Shown here in pieces: positions 49,301 through 60,560 of a stretch of 64,000 nucleotides of DNA (position 1 is the stretch's first letter; every line of letters starts with the position of its first letter). The translations under genes were made by a program, and so were the position numbers. Source of the DNA: Azolla caroliniana (taxonomy: Eukaryota; Plantae; Polypodiophyta); the NCBI GenBank assembly GCA_043228905.1, contig JBHGNT010000016.1, positions 15,996,001-16,060,000 of the forward strand, written 5' to 3'. The notes under the pieces are model-generated. The model ran no database searches, was not told the DNA's origin, and saw nothing but the letters and a program-made list of their open reading frames with translations.

Positions 49301-52239
49301 AGGACGAATCAAAGCCGGTACACATCGCCAAAGAAATGAAGCCGGAAGATAAAGCGGCGATGATCAAACTTCTCACGGAGTTTCGCGACGTATTCGCCTG
49401 GTCATACGAAGACATGCGAGGGCTAGACCCTCAATTATATCAGCATCAGATCCACTTAGGCAAGGACGCGAAACCAGTGGCGCAATGACGTTACCGAATG
49501 AACCCCAACTACGCCGCCAAAGTGAAGGAGGAAATCGACAAACTCCTAAGAGTGGGCTTCATCCGGCCGGTAAAGAAAGCGACGTGGCTGAGCCCCATCG
49601 TCGTCGTCCCAAAGAAGAACAGTAAAATCCGCGTGTGTGTAGATTACAGGAAACTAAATGCAGCCACAATTACGGATGCATTCCCTCTTCCGTTCACGGA
49701 TAGAGTACTGGATGCCGTCGCCGGCCATGAAGTTTATAGCTTTCTAGACGGCTTCAGCGGATACAATCAAATCCGGATGCACCCTGACGACCAGGAGAAG
49801 ACAGCGTTCGTCACCGAATGGGGGGTGTTTGTGGCCGAAGTAATGATGTTCGGCCTAAAAACGGCACCAGCAACTTTCCAACGAATCATCATGGAGATCT
49901 TCGGCGAATACATTCCTGCCTTCATGCAGGTTTTCCTGGATGATTTTGCAGTCTATAGCCGGGGAAAAGACCATTTGCAGCACCTACGGTTATGCCTTGA
50001 AAAGTGTAGGTTATACCGGCTAAGCTTAAACCCAGCAAAATGCATCTTTGGAGTTTCAAGTGGAATCTTACTGGGACACATTGTAAGTAAGGAGGGCATT
50101 GCGGTCGACCCGGACAAAGTAAACGCGATACTAGGGGCACCGGCGCCGAAAACGGCCAAAGCACTAAGCCGATTCTTAGGACAGATCCGGTGGCACAGCC
50201 GGATGCTCCGTCACTTGGCTGACTTGGCTACACCATTACACACCGCGGTACATCGGACACCGTTCCAATGGACGGATACGGAGGATAAGGCATACAATGC
50301 CCTGAAGGTACTTTTGTCGCAGGCACCCGTCGTGCAGCCTCCGGATTGGAGCAAGGAATTTCATGTGTTCGTGGACGCTTCCGACATCGCTATCGGCAGC
50401 GCCTTAATGCAACTTACGGAGCCTAAATGGTACCGGCCGGTATATTACGCCAGCCGGAAGCTGTCCCAAGCGGAGAAGAACTATTCGACGACGGAACGGG
50501 AGGCCCTGGGCATGATCTACAGTGTCACAAAGTTTCGGCATTACCTATTGGGAAGGAAGTTCTCCTTTCATGTGGATCACTCCGCGCTCCTGTACTTAGT
50601 GTCCAAGGCGTCCCTGACCGGTAAGTTGGCCCGTTGGACCTTGCTGTTGCAGGAGTTCGAATTCGAGATCTTCCACCGGCCCGGTATCCAGCATGCCGTA
50701 GCAGACTACCTGAGCCGGTTAGAGTCCGGAGAATCAGGCGACGGAGTATCGGATGAATTCCCGGACGCAGAGTTATTCCGTATCACCCCGGAAACGGCAA
50801 CGGACGACACGGTGGCATCAGAAGATAGGTGGCTGACAAACATGCACCAGTTCCTAAGCACGGGCCTGCCACCGGAGGAAATGAACCGGGACGAGAGGAA
50901 ACGACTGGCGGTGCAGAGCCGTAATTTCTGTCTGTTACGGGACACTCTCTACCACAAAGGAGCAGATGGAATATGGAGACGGGCAGTCCGCAGTGACGAG
51001 AAACAAGTAATCTTACGGGAAGCACACTGTGGGGTTGCCGGAGGACACTATGCCGGGGAAGCGACGGCAAGGAAGGTATGGCAGAGCGGCTTATGGTGGC
51101 CCACGACGTTAAAAGACGCCGTCAAGTATGCTAAGGAATGTGACCTATGCCAACGAATGGGCCAGCCTACGGAGCAAGCACGGATGCCACACCAACCGGT
51201 ACTGCCACTAGAGCCATTCCAGAAGTGGGGGTTGGATTTTGTCAGACCGTTCAAGCCACCGGCAATGAGAACGGGTAATCGTTATGTCATCGTGGCAACA
51301 GATTATTGCACTAAATGGGTGGAGGCTAAGGCCTTGAGAGACAATACCGCGTCATCCACAGCAAAATTCCTGTACGAGAACATTTGGTGCCGATATGGAT
51401 GTCCGATTGAATTAATCAGCGACCAAGGAGGGCACTTCCTCGGCCAGGTAGTTGAAAGCTTAACAACGTTCTATGCCGTGGTCCATAAACGGAGCACACC
51501 GTACTACCCACAAGCGAACGGGTTAGCAGAGTCCACCAACAAAACGCTGCAGAACATTCTCCGCAAAATCGTCAATGAAAACCGGACGGACTGGGATACA
51601 AAGCTCCATAGCGCGCTATGGGCGTACCGAACGGCATACAAAACAAGTATCCGGACAACGCCGTTCCGGTTAGCGTTCGGCTTAGAGGCGGTCATGCCGG
51701 TGGAATTTCAGGTACCAAGCTTACGGATCCAACTACGGGAACGGCTGAATGAAAAGGAGTCGGAGGAAATGCGGCTAGCAGCACTATGCGAACTGGAGGA
51801 GCAACGGCTGGCCAGCATCCTACACATGGAACTGGAGCAACGACGACGGAAAGCGTTCGTTGACCGTCACCGGAAAGGTAATGAAAAGATGTTCGAAATC
51901 GGAAAGCCGGTGCTAGTATTCCAAACAAGGATGGGAAAGATGCCGGGTAAACTCCGGTTTAGATGGACAGGCCCGTATTGGCTGACACGGGAATACAACG
52001 GGTCCTATCAGTTAGGGACACTTGCCGGTAAAGTGCTAGGCAAGTGGGTCAACGGATTTAGACTAAAGCCCTATAAAGGACCGATGCCAAAGAACCCGTT
52101 TATGCAGCCCACCGGCACTATATCGGGAACGGTACGGATGGAAGAAAAAGACGACGGGGAACCCGTAGCAGAGGTGAAGGAAGACACGGCAACCCGTAAG
52201 GAAAACGGTAAGGGTCCGAAGGGACCTACGGATGTGTAA
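46399..52239 (+). pseudogene. Element B gag-pol, one frame with two nonsense codons
   Basis: ORFs 46399-47991, 48250-49488 and 49498-52239 are in the same frame; TAG at 47989 and TGA at 49486; collinear with the intact A polyprotein. Confidence 0.93.
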
Positions 52240-52616
52240 GATCACATACCGTCATTTAAAAAAAATAAAAAATAAAAAATAAAAAAAAATCATTAAAAAT
52301 CGAGGTATGAACGGACATGAAAGCAAGGAGCGAAAAGGTACGAAGTGGGCATTTAAGAGCCGCCACGCTACTTAATACTAAATTGGTACATGACGTATGC
52401 ATGCTCGAAAAAGGCGCCAAGACGCACAGAGAAAAAGAAGAACGCATGGAGACCTTTTTCTTTCGCGAGCCAAGAAGCACAGAAGCACCAAGGCAGTGGA
52501 AGCTTAGCAAACGCGAACCTACACTCAGAGAACCCCCACGTTCGGAACGCTCTCTCTCTTGCTCTCACTCTCATCACCACTCTACCTCGCCATCTTTCCT
52601 CGACCTCGAAGCAGAC

Positions 52617-55280
52617 ATGGAACCACAAACGCTGTCGGAAGCGGCCAGGAAATGGTTCAGGCAACACGGACTGGATGGGTTCTTGACCATCATGGAGGCA
52701 CCACCGCACAAAGAAGCCGACCGGGTCATCAAGGAGCTCGACACGGAAGTCATCACGGAGGAAGCGATCCGTGCGCTAATAGGCCTTCCGGAGGGAGGTA
52801 TTTTTCAGATTGATAACCCAACCTCGGAGCAACTCATCCGATTTTTCGGTGAGTACTCTGTTGCCGGCAAAGGCTATCGAACGCAGGGCGGCGAAGATCC
52901 GATATTCAGGGAGATAGCTCGAGTGCTCCATGAGTACGGCCACGTGTACCCCCGACCCCCTGTCATGCCAAAAAATCGGGCAGGGATGATCATAGCCACC
53001 TATGAAGGGATCAAGGTGGACTGGCCGGTGTTGATTGCAGACGGTTTGTGCGCGGCAATCGACATGGTACGAGGGAAGGACGGCAAGGAGGGCCGGAAGC
53101 TGTGGCATGCCGTAGCTCAGTGGATAACATTGCTCGTGCCGCCGGTCGAGACCGTTCAGCCAAAGAAGCGGCCAAGATTATCGGAAGGAAGCACTTCGAA
53201 ACCCGCGTCCAAACGACAGCAGCTGCTGGCGTCAAAGGCGACGAAAGGGAAGAAACGGCTCCCAGAACCGGAGGGGGTGTCACCGGTGGGACCCGTTAAG
53301 ATAACCATACGGCGACCGGGACAGAAGGAACCGGAACCCTTGAGCGCACAGAAACATGCCGTTACCCAGGAAGAGGAAACGGAGGAGCCAGAAGAGCACC
53401 TCCAACGACGGTCAAGAAGTAGGACCGCCGGGACAGCGGGGGAGCGTTCGTACCCGCAAGAGGAAGAAACGCCCCCAACTCAACCTGAGCAAAACACCAG
53501 GGAGGAACCGGAACCGGTGCGTATGGAACCGGCCTTGTCGACTTCTATAGAAGAAGTCATTCCAACGGCTCCGGAGACGGCGAGAACCGGAACTCAACAG
53601 CCGGCGAGCCCAGCCAGCACACACGGCGGCCAAGGAGTAGAACCAGAACGGCAGATACAGGCACTCAGGCCAGACAATTTCACAGTGAACGAGCCGACCC
53701 GACCAGTATAGCAGCAAGGCACCAGTAGCATGTGGCTACGGTGGGTAGGCGAGCAGATCGCCGAAGTGGTCGAGTACATAGAGGCGGAGGAGAGAGCGCA
53801 CCACGAACGGTTGCTCGTCACAACCGTAGATCTAGAGACGGCCCGGTCCAGAATCCGGAGCCTTGAACAAGACTTGGACAGGGTCACAAGGGAAATGGCT
53901 CAATTGGCTTTGACAACACAAGTCCAAGCACCGGTGACTCCGGGCAATGTACAGAATAAAGCGTCAGATCAACCTGTACATAGCAATCAGACCCCGGCAA
54001 CGGAAACCGTTCCGGAGAGAAATGCGGCACAAGCCCAAGAGCTTGCGGACTTAAAGGATGAGCTAGCTACCCAAGAAGCGTTGAGGAGCCGCGAAAGAGA
54101 GTTGAAGACGGCAGCGGAGGCAGAACTCAAAAAGACTGCGGAGAATCTACGCCGGGCCGAGGAGAGCTTATGAAAAGGCCACCAAGCGTACGACCGGCTC
54201 AAGGAGGAGAAGGAGAAAATGCTGCAAGAGAAGGACAGGCTCCGGAGGAACGCCGAAACAGAAGTAGAGCGCCTGAAAGAGGAACTCCGGCAGGTAAAGG
54301 ACCGGGAGGACCGGAACCATCGCCAGATCAACGGCAAGCTCAAACAAAAAACGGAGGAATTTGAGCACTTGCACCGGGAGTATAAACGGTTGCAAACAGA
54401 GCACAAGGAACGGACATATGATCTCCGGGAAGCAGTTGATCGGACCGCAACGGCATACGCTAAGGAAGAAGCGGAAACCAGAAGACGGTTGGAAGAGGCG
54501 GAGAAGGTTCGGACAGAGCTCCTCAGGCAACAGCAGGCGGAAAAAGAAAGAGCGGCGGAGGTACTTCAGAGGCTGCAGACAACATATCAAGGGCAGCTGA
54601 CGCGCTACAGAGAGCAGGCGGAGGATACGGCGAATTAGTTGAAGGAGGAGCGACAAGTGGTGGAAAGTAGAGCGCAAATGGGAGCAAGTCGCATCCAGGA
54701 TATCATGCGGGCCTGGTTGAACCAGACCAAGAGCTTGATTGACAACGGTTCCGTCAAATGGTGGACCAAGTGGGCCACGAACGCGGCGGAACTCCAATTG
54801 CTCCGGGCCGACGTAGAGAACCGGCGGAAGGAGGGAGATGATTGCTATATGCTGACTTCCGAAGACTTCACTGGCATAAGAGATGAGCTGGCCGAAGACT
54901 TTCAAGCCTTGGCAGAGGACCAACTAGGGCAAGTCCGACAACTTGTAGCTCAGCTGGACGACGACAGGCTGGAGGCGCAGATCCAGTTTGAAAGCTACGA
55001 GAGGTCCCGGATCCGGGAAGAGAAAGCACGAGAACCAGTAACGGTCAATCTCAGTGATGAGGAACCGTTACTGGAAGGAGACCGGACCGGAAGTAGTCAA
55101 ACGGAGAAGTCGGAGTCAGAGAAACAAACGGAGCAGCAGCAGCAAGCAGAGCAGCCGGAGCAACCTCAGGCCCAACCGCAACCACAGCAGTAGCAGCAAG
55201 CACAGCCGCAGCAACCACAACCGGAAGAACAAGTGGAAACTCTGGAACAAAGTATTTTGGACAATTTGGGTGAACAATGA
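52617..55280 (+). pseudogene. Element B ORF2 (~887 codons, four in-frame stops)
   Basis: MEPQTLSEAARKWFRQHGLDGFL... to ...TLEQSILDNLGEQ*; stops at 53709, 54171, 54636, 55191 all in one frame. Confidence 0.88.
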
Positions 55281-55292
55281 AGGGGCCGAGAA

Positions 55293-55332
55293 GGGTTCGA
55301 CGTACAAGGTACTGTCCCACGGGCGTGCCATG
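55293..55332 (+). promoter_or_regulatory. tRNA-3'-end-like motif at the PPT position of B
   Basis: GGGTTCGA-C-GTAC AAG GTAC-T-GTCCCACGGGCGTGCCA-TG then LTR. Confidence 0.8.
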
Positions 55333-55785
55333 TGTTACCGGCCGGCAAGGAGTCCAAAATACGGAGTGAAGGAGTTAATTAAGTGTGGTTGTAAATAAGC
55401 ATAGTGTGGACGGACGGACTGGAAACGGTATGCCGTTCCAGATCCGAACGGATCCCGAATAGGTGCGATAGGCACCATTTTGTACTACGGGCCGGAAACC
55501 TATTTAAAGGCCCGGACCCCATTGTAATCGCAGCGGATAATTAATAGAGCATATGGTGTTTATACTTCTGTGTTGATTTCCGTTCTGTACTTACTGTTAT
55601 ATCTTACGCGTGTAATTAACGAAAGCGCTCTAATCGTGTAACTTACGTAAGTCGGTGTAATCGTTGAGTCATAATTCTATGCCGTAATCACCCTTTGGTG
55701 AAGTGTCTCCGTGACACCTTGTGTTAGGCCTTGTCCGGTCAGAGAATAACACTACAAAAGGCTAGAAACAGAGCATAAGGAACGG

Positions 55786-56466
55786 ATGGCCGAGCTCCAG
55801 CAGGAAGTTGATCGGGCCGCGACAGCGATCGCCGACGAACGTGCGGAAAATACAAGACGCTTGGACGAGGCGGAGAAGGTCCGGATGGAGCTCCAGAGGC
55901 AGAAACTGGAAGAAAAGGAGAGAGCGTCAACGGTATTGCAGAAATTACAAAGCACATATCAAAGGCAATTGATGCATTACAAGGAGCAGGCGGAAGACAA
56001 CGTCAAAATCATCAAGCAACTGAAGGAGGAATGGCAAGCGGCGGAAATCAAATCGCAATTGGGAACGGGCCGGATTCAGTCCATCCTCCGGGCATGGCTG
56101 AATCAGACAAAACACTTGATTGACGAAAGCTCCGTAAGATGGTGGACAAAGTGGGCACAAAACGTGGCGGAACTCCAATTGCTACGGGCAGACGTGGCAA
56201 ACCGGCGGAAGGAAGGAGATGATTGTTATACGTTGACTTCCGAGGACTTCACCGCCATACGGGACGAGCTGGCCGATGACTTCCAAGTCCTGGCGGATGA
56301 ACAGTTGGCGCAGGTCCGGCAACTCGTAGCTCAGCTAGACGATGATAGGCTGGACACTCAAATCCAGTTTGAAAGCTACGAGCGGTCCCGGGTTCGGGAA
56401 GAAAAAGCACGGGAAGAGGCAACGGTTAACCTTAGTGATGAGGAACCGTCGCCAGCCGAGGGCTAG
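55786..56466 (+). CDS. Retained C-terminal part of ORF2 in element E (coiled coil plus conserved helical domain)
   Basis: 226-aa ORF closely similar to B ORF2 (WWTKWA..AELQLLRAD..NRRKEGDDCY.LTSEDF). Confidence 0.6.
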   Translation: MAELQQEVDRAATAIADERAENTRRLDEAEKVRMELQRQKLEEKERASTVLQKLQSTYQRQLMHYKEQAEDNVKIIKQLKEEWQAAEIKSQLGTGRIQSILRAWLNQTKHLIDESSVRWWTKWAQNVAELQLLRADVANRRKEGDDCYTLTSEDFTAIRDELADDFQVLADEQLAQVRQLVAQLDDDRLDTQIQFESYERSRVREEKAREEATVNLSDEEPSPAEG

Positions 56467-56677
56467 CCCGGAACCAGTCAGCCGGAGACCACTATGACGG
56501 AGGGAGCAATGACGGAGACGCCGGTGTCAGAGCAACAAACGGAGGAGCAGCCGCAACAGCCACCAACGGACCCGTCGCAGCAGAAAACGACAACAACAAC
56601 CAATTCCAGATGAACCATTGGAGGCTCTCTAACAAAGCATTCTGGATATTTTGGACGAAGAATAGCAAGGGTCGGTT

Positions 56678-56719
56678 GTGTATTCGACGTACAAGGTACT
56701 GTCCCACGGGCGTGCCATG
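56678..56719 (+). promoter_or_regulatory. tRNA-3'-end-like motif at the PPT position of E
   Basis: GTGTATTCGA-C-GTAC AAG GTAC-T-GTCCCACGGGCGTGCCA-TG then LTR. Confidence 0.8.
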
Positions 56720-57839
56720 TGTTACCGGCCGGCAAAGGAGTCCAGAGTGTGAAACGGGGAGTTATTTAATTAATAGGAATGGTTGTAAGTAAGCTATGAG
56801 TGTGGACGGATGGACCGGAATCGGTCTGCCGTTCCAGATCCGGACCGATCCCGAACAAGTGCGGATGGCACTGTTTTGTAATACAGACCGGAAACCTATT
56901 TAAAGGTCCGGATACAATGTAATGAATAGCGGTTAATTAATAAAGCTTAGTGTTGTTATCTCTGTGTGTTAATTGTCGTTCTGCATTCATTGTTATATCT
57001 TACGCGTGTGATTATTAAAGAAGATCATGCTAAGTAACCTAATTAAGTCGGATTAATCATTGACTCTAATCCTGTTGTCGTAACACCCCTTTGGTGAAGT
57101 GTCTTCCGTAGACACCCTGTGTTAGGCCATTGTCCGGCCCTAAGAGTTAACATGCATTTCAACTAGAACCATATGTGTTGATTTCCTCACTAAACTCGTA
57201 CCCTAACACAAGTATTGGATATGTCATTCCAAGATTGGACTCAAATTTGAGGAGGTAAACAAATAGGTTGCTCACCTTAAGGGGGGCTGCTAGAATATTA
57301 AAATTTAGAAATGCTCGACAGTAATATAAATAGCAAATATATCATAAATAAATAAAAGAAAGAACAAATAATGTAACAACCTATTCTAATGACTCTTGTT
57401 CTCAATGACGGTTCCAACACATTCATGTTAGATTTATTGACAATGAACATTCCCACTACAAACCTCTCTATGAACTCATCTACCTACAAAATGTAACACC
57501 TACCATGATCATAAAGTAGTCACTCATTTTGTCATCAAATTAGAGTTGCATATATATAATTATTATACTTTATTGGATAGTACTTTTTTTCCAAAACAAA
57601 GCTACTTTCCCATTAATTAGGCGAAATTATTATAGAAAGACTATACAAAGTGGTTTATACATAAATTAGGGAATCACCCTCTGATTGAGCTCAAGAATAT
57701 GAAACTACATACATATCCTTTCAAACTGACTTCTTAATGTAAGTAGGTACCTCTAGCTATAAACTAGTGCCCTTCATCACCAGCCAATATGAACCGGATC
57801 CTATGGCCTACAATGAAAGGAGGGTGGGAGGTGAGTAGG

Positions 57840-58790
57840 AAACAACTAACGTGGGGGATCGACCTCGGACCGTTTCCTCACCATCGGCATGTTCCGCCAT
57901 TTCTGCTGGAAGCTCAGACGAGTAGTGACCATTTTGTTGGAGTGACCGCAAACCTCATCCAATTTCCCTCGTAGGGAACTGATAATCGCAAACAATATAT
58001 CCACAATTAATTCCTCCGAAGGGCGTACCAGATCTTTGAAGACCTTTAGGCAACATGCTTTCCATACATACCACAAGTTGAAGCCTGCGATCAACATCCA
58101 AATCTCTCGGAACTGAGGGGATGTGGTCTTTCGAGCCTCTCTCACCTTTAGGCAACATGCTTTCCATACATACCACAGGGTGAAGCTTACGATCAACATC
58201 CAAATCTCCCAGAACTGAGGGGATGCGGTCTTTCAAGCCTCTCTCAAATCGGGTCTTGACGATTTTACGTGTTGTGCATTTATAGCACCAACTGTCTGCA
58301 TTGAAGGCGTCTGTCCAACTATCAACCGAGAAATCGATCCAAGCCGTTGCGCTCCACGATGTTGTTCCTTCCGTTTCGCATGCAACTAGGAGACGAGTCA
58401 CTCTGTTCCATACTCTCTGAGCTTGAGGGCAATCCCTCAAAACATGTCTTAGAGTCTCATAGGTGAAGAATAGCTATTGGACCACCACATTTACCTAGCC
58501 ATTCACCAACGAGGACCACGTTATGGCTGATTTGTCACCAAAATATCTTGATCTTCTCAAGCATGTGGAAATGCCAGAGACCCTTCCAAAAGCTATCGAA
58601 TACCTCGTAATGGATACCCAATGTTTGCCAACCATTGGGTAGGGGACCGTCCAACTACACTTGTATAGCCTGACCCAATTTAGTGTTGTAATCGAAGAAG
58701 TGGCACCGTTTGCGACTCTGTTTCCACTTGAAATCCTTTGGGTCCCATTCTAGTTCTGTGAAGGGGTTGTTGAATAGTACTTTAAATCCG
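57840..58790 (-). mobile_element. L1-like LINE ORF2 C-terminal remnant with a ~102-bp tandem duplication
   Basis: ETLRHVLRDCPQAQRVW (zf-RVT-like) and LWYVWKACCLKVF; duplicated block starting at 58043 and 58145. Confidence 0.65.
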
Positions 58791-58827
58791 TAGAGTGTGT
58801 GAATGCATGCATATGGCGCTCCCATAA

Positions 58828-58879
<52 letters not shown>

Positions 58880-59449
58880 TTATGTGCTCCCTTGTGGTCA
58901 TCGCTACTGCAATTAATAACTAACTGTTGTAATTAATAACTAATTGTTTTCCCACTAAATTAGGCCAAAATGATGAAGTAGATTACTTGAACATAATAGT
59001 ATTCATAAATATGTCATAACATGCTTGTAATAAGAGAGTTGACATTGGAAAAGGGTTAAGTCGACCATATTTCTATTTTATATCAAATTTGAAAATGTTC
59101 ACAAAGACAACCTCCGTAATATGCTTATGATTAAGAGAGTTGACCTTTGAAAGAGGTAAAGTCGATGATCTTTTTATTTTATATCATGTTTGAAAATATT
59201 GACAACGACAACATATGTCCTTACTCCCCCTAATATATTTTGCAAATACCTTTTCATTCTGTATTTTTTATGCATATCGATTTTTCTTGTCGTTCTACAT
59301 CCTAACTATTTGGTTTGTTTTCCAACCCGCGTTTAGGTGGAATCTATATCATTCCATCGAATAGTTTGGAACTTACGACTTTTGTACCACATTGAGCCCT
59401 TGAACAAATCTTGAATATTTGCCTCATACACTATTATATGTTTATATTT

Positions 59450-60560
59450 TTGACGTTCATGGCTATGATGATCATCTTCATGCTTGCTTACTTTGTGATT
59501 GTAATGATGATTACGCTTGCATCTTCCTCATTACCATGGCTATAATGATGATTTTGCTTGCTATGTTCGTGATAGCAGCGTCTATGATAGTGCTTTCTTT
59601 CTTTGTGATCATAATGGCTATGATAACTATCTGCATGCTTGGTTATTTTTTTATTGTGGTGATGATCACGTTTACCTCATTCGTGATTTTCATGGCTAGA
59701 ATGATGATTTTGCTTGTTTTGTTTGCGATTGCAATGGCTATGAAAATTATCATCGCGCTTGCTTGCGGGGTGATTGTCATGATGATCATGTTTGCATTCT
59801 TCTTGATCCTAATGGCTATGATGATGATTACGCTTACTTTCTTTGTGATGGCAATAGTTATTGTCATCATCATGGCTGCATTCTTTGTGATAATCACAAT
59901 GGTTATGGTTATCATCAACCTCATGCTTGTCATTTTCATGATCTCAATGGCTATGATCATCAATATGCTCATGCTTGGTTGGTTGGTGATCATCATGCTG
60001 CTGATCATCCTTGCATTCCTCATTAAACCAATAGTTATGTTGATGGTGATTCTGTTTGTTTTCCTCATGATTACAATGCCCATTATGGTGGTCATTGTGT
60101 TACCTTTCTTTATGATGGAAAATGCTATGATGGCCATGATGATCATGCCTGGTTTCTTCATAATCACAACAAGAAAGATTATGACTATGATGACTGCAAT
60201 TTTCATCCTCGCCATGGTTGCATTCTTCGTGATGATCATGCTGGCATTCTTGGTGCTCACGATGGCTATGATGATGATTAGGCTTTTAATCTTCGTGATT
60301 GCCATAACTATGAGGATCACGCTTGGTTTCGTCAAGATCGCGATGGGAATGATCATCAAGGTGCTTGCTTTCTCGCTGATCGTGATGACTATAATGATCA
60401 TGATCATGCTTCTTGGTAAAATGGCAATGAAAATTATGACCATGCATATTTTCTTTGTTATCACCATGGCTATGATGAAGGTCATACTTGCTTTCTTTGT
60501 GATGCTCATGCCTGTTTTCCTTACGACCACAATAGTATTGATGATCACCATGGCTTTTAA
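59450..60560 (-). repeat. Degenerate in-frame repeat; His/Cys/acid-rich in one minus-strand frame
   Basis: Minus frame reads e.g. HDHHEECNHGEDENCSHHSH and QEECKHDHHDNH with scattered stops; no frameshift seen in the part I translated (59640-60582). Confidence 0.7.

Larger units (their letters stand above)
45929..55751 (+). mobile_element. Element B: full-length gypsy related to A
   Basis: 419-bp LTRs 45929-46347 and 55333-55751 (about 3 differences); TSD CTACA at 45924-45928 and 55752-55756; same PBS as A. Confidence 0.97.
45381..57152 (+). mobile_element. Element E: internally deleted A/B-like non-autonomous element (~1.94 kb without B)
   Basis: LTRs 45381-45809 and 56720-57152 (about 14 differences); TSD TGCAT at 45376-45380 and 57153-57157; PBS TGGCGACCACGA; gag start fused to the middle of ORF2. 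Confidence 0.93.
44570..57420 (+). mobile_element. Old copia relic (RT/RH remnants, PPT, 3' LTR start) split by element E
   Basis: KWQKAMQVEINALEKNGTW, HHIDIEVAFLHG, NKHIRAHHHF before 45381; DFLTKLVP after 57157; PPT AAGGGGGG at 57279-57286 then TG at 57288. Confidence 0.75.

Noticed and set aside
52617-55280. ORF2 as a retroviral-type envelope gene
   Set aside because: Env-like position, but no signal peptide or convincing transmembrane helix; mostly charged coiled coil.
55293-55330. A genuine tRNA gene or SINE
   Set aside because: Only T-arm and acceptor-like sequence with encoded CCA; no A box, D arm or anticodon arm; fixed position beside the LTR.
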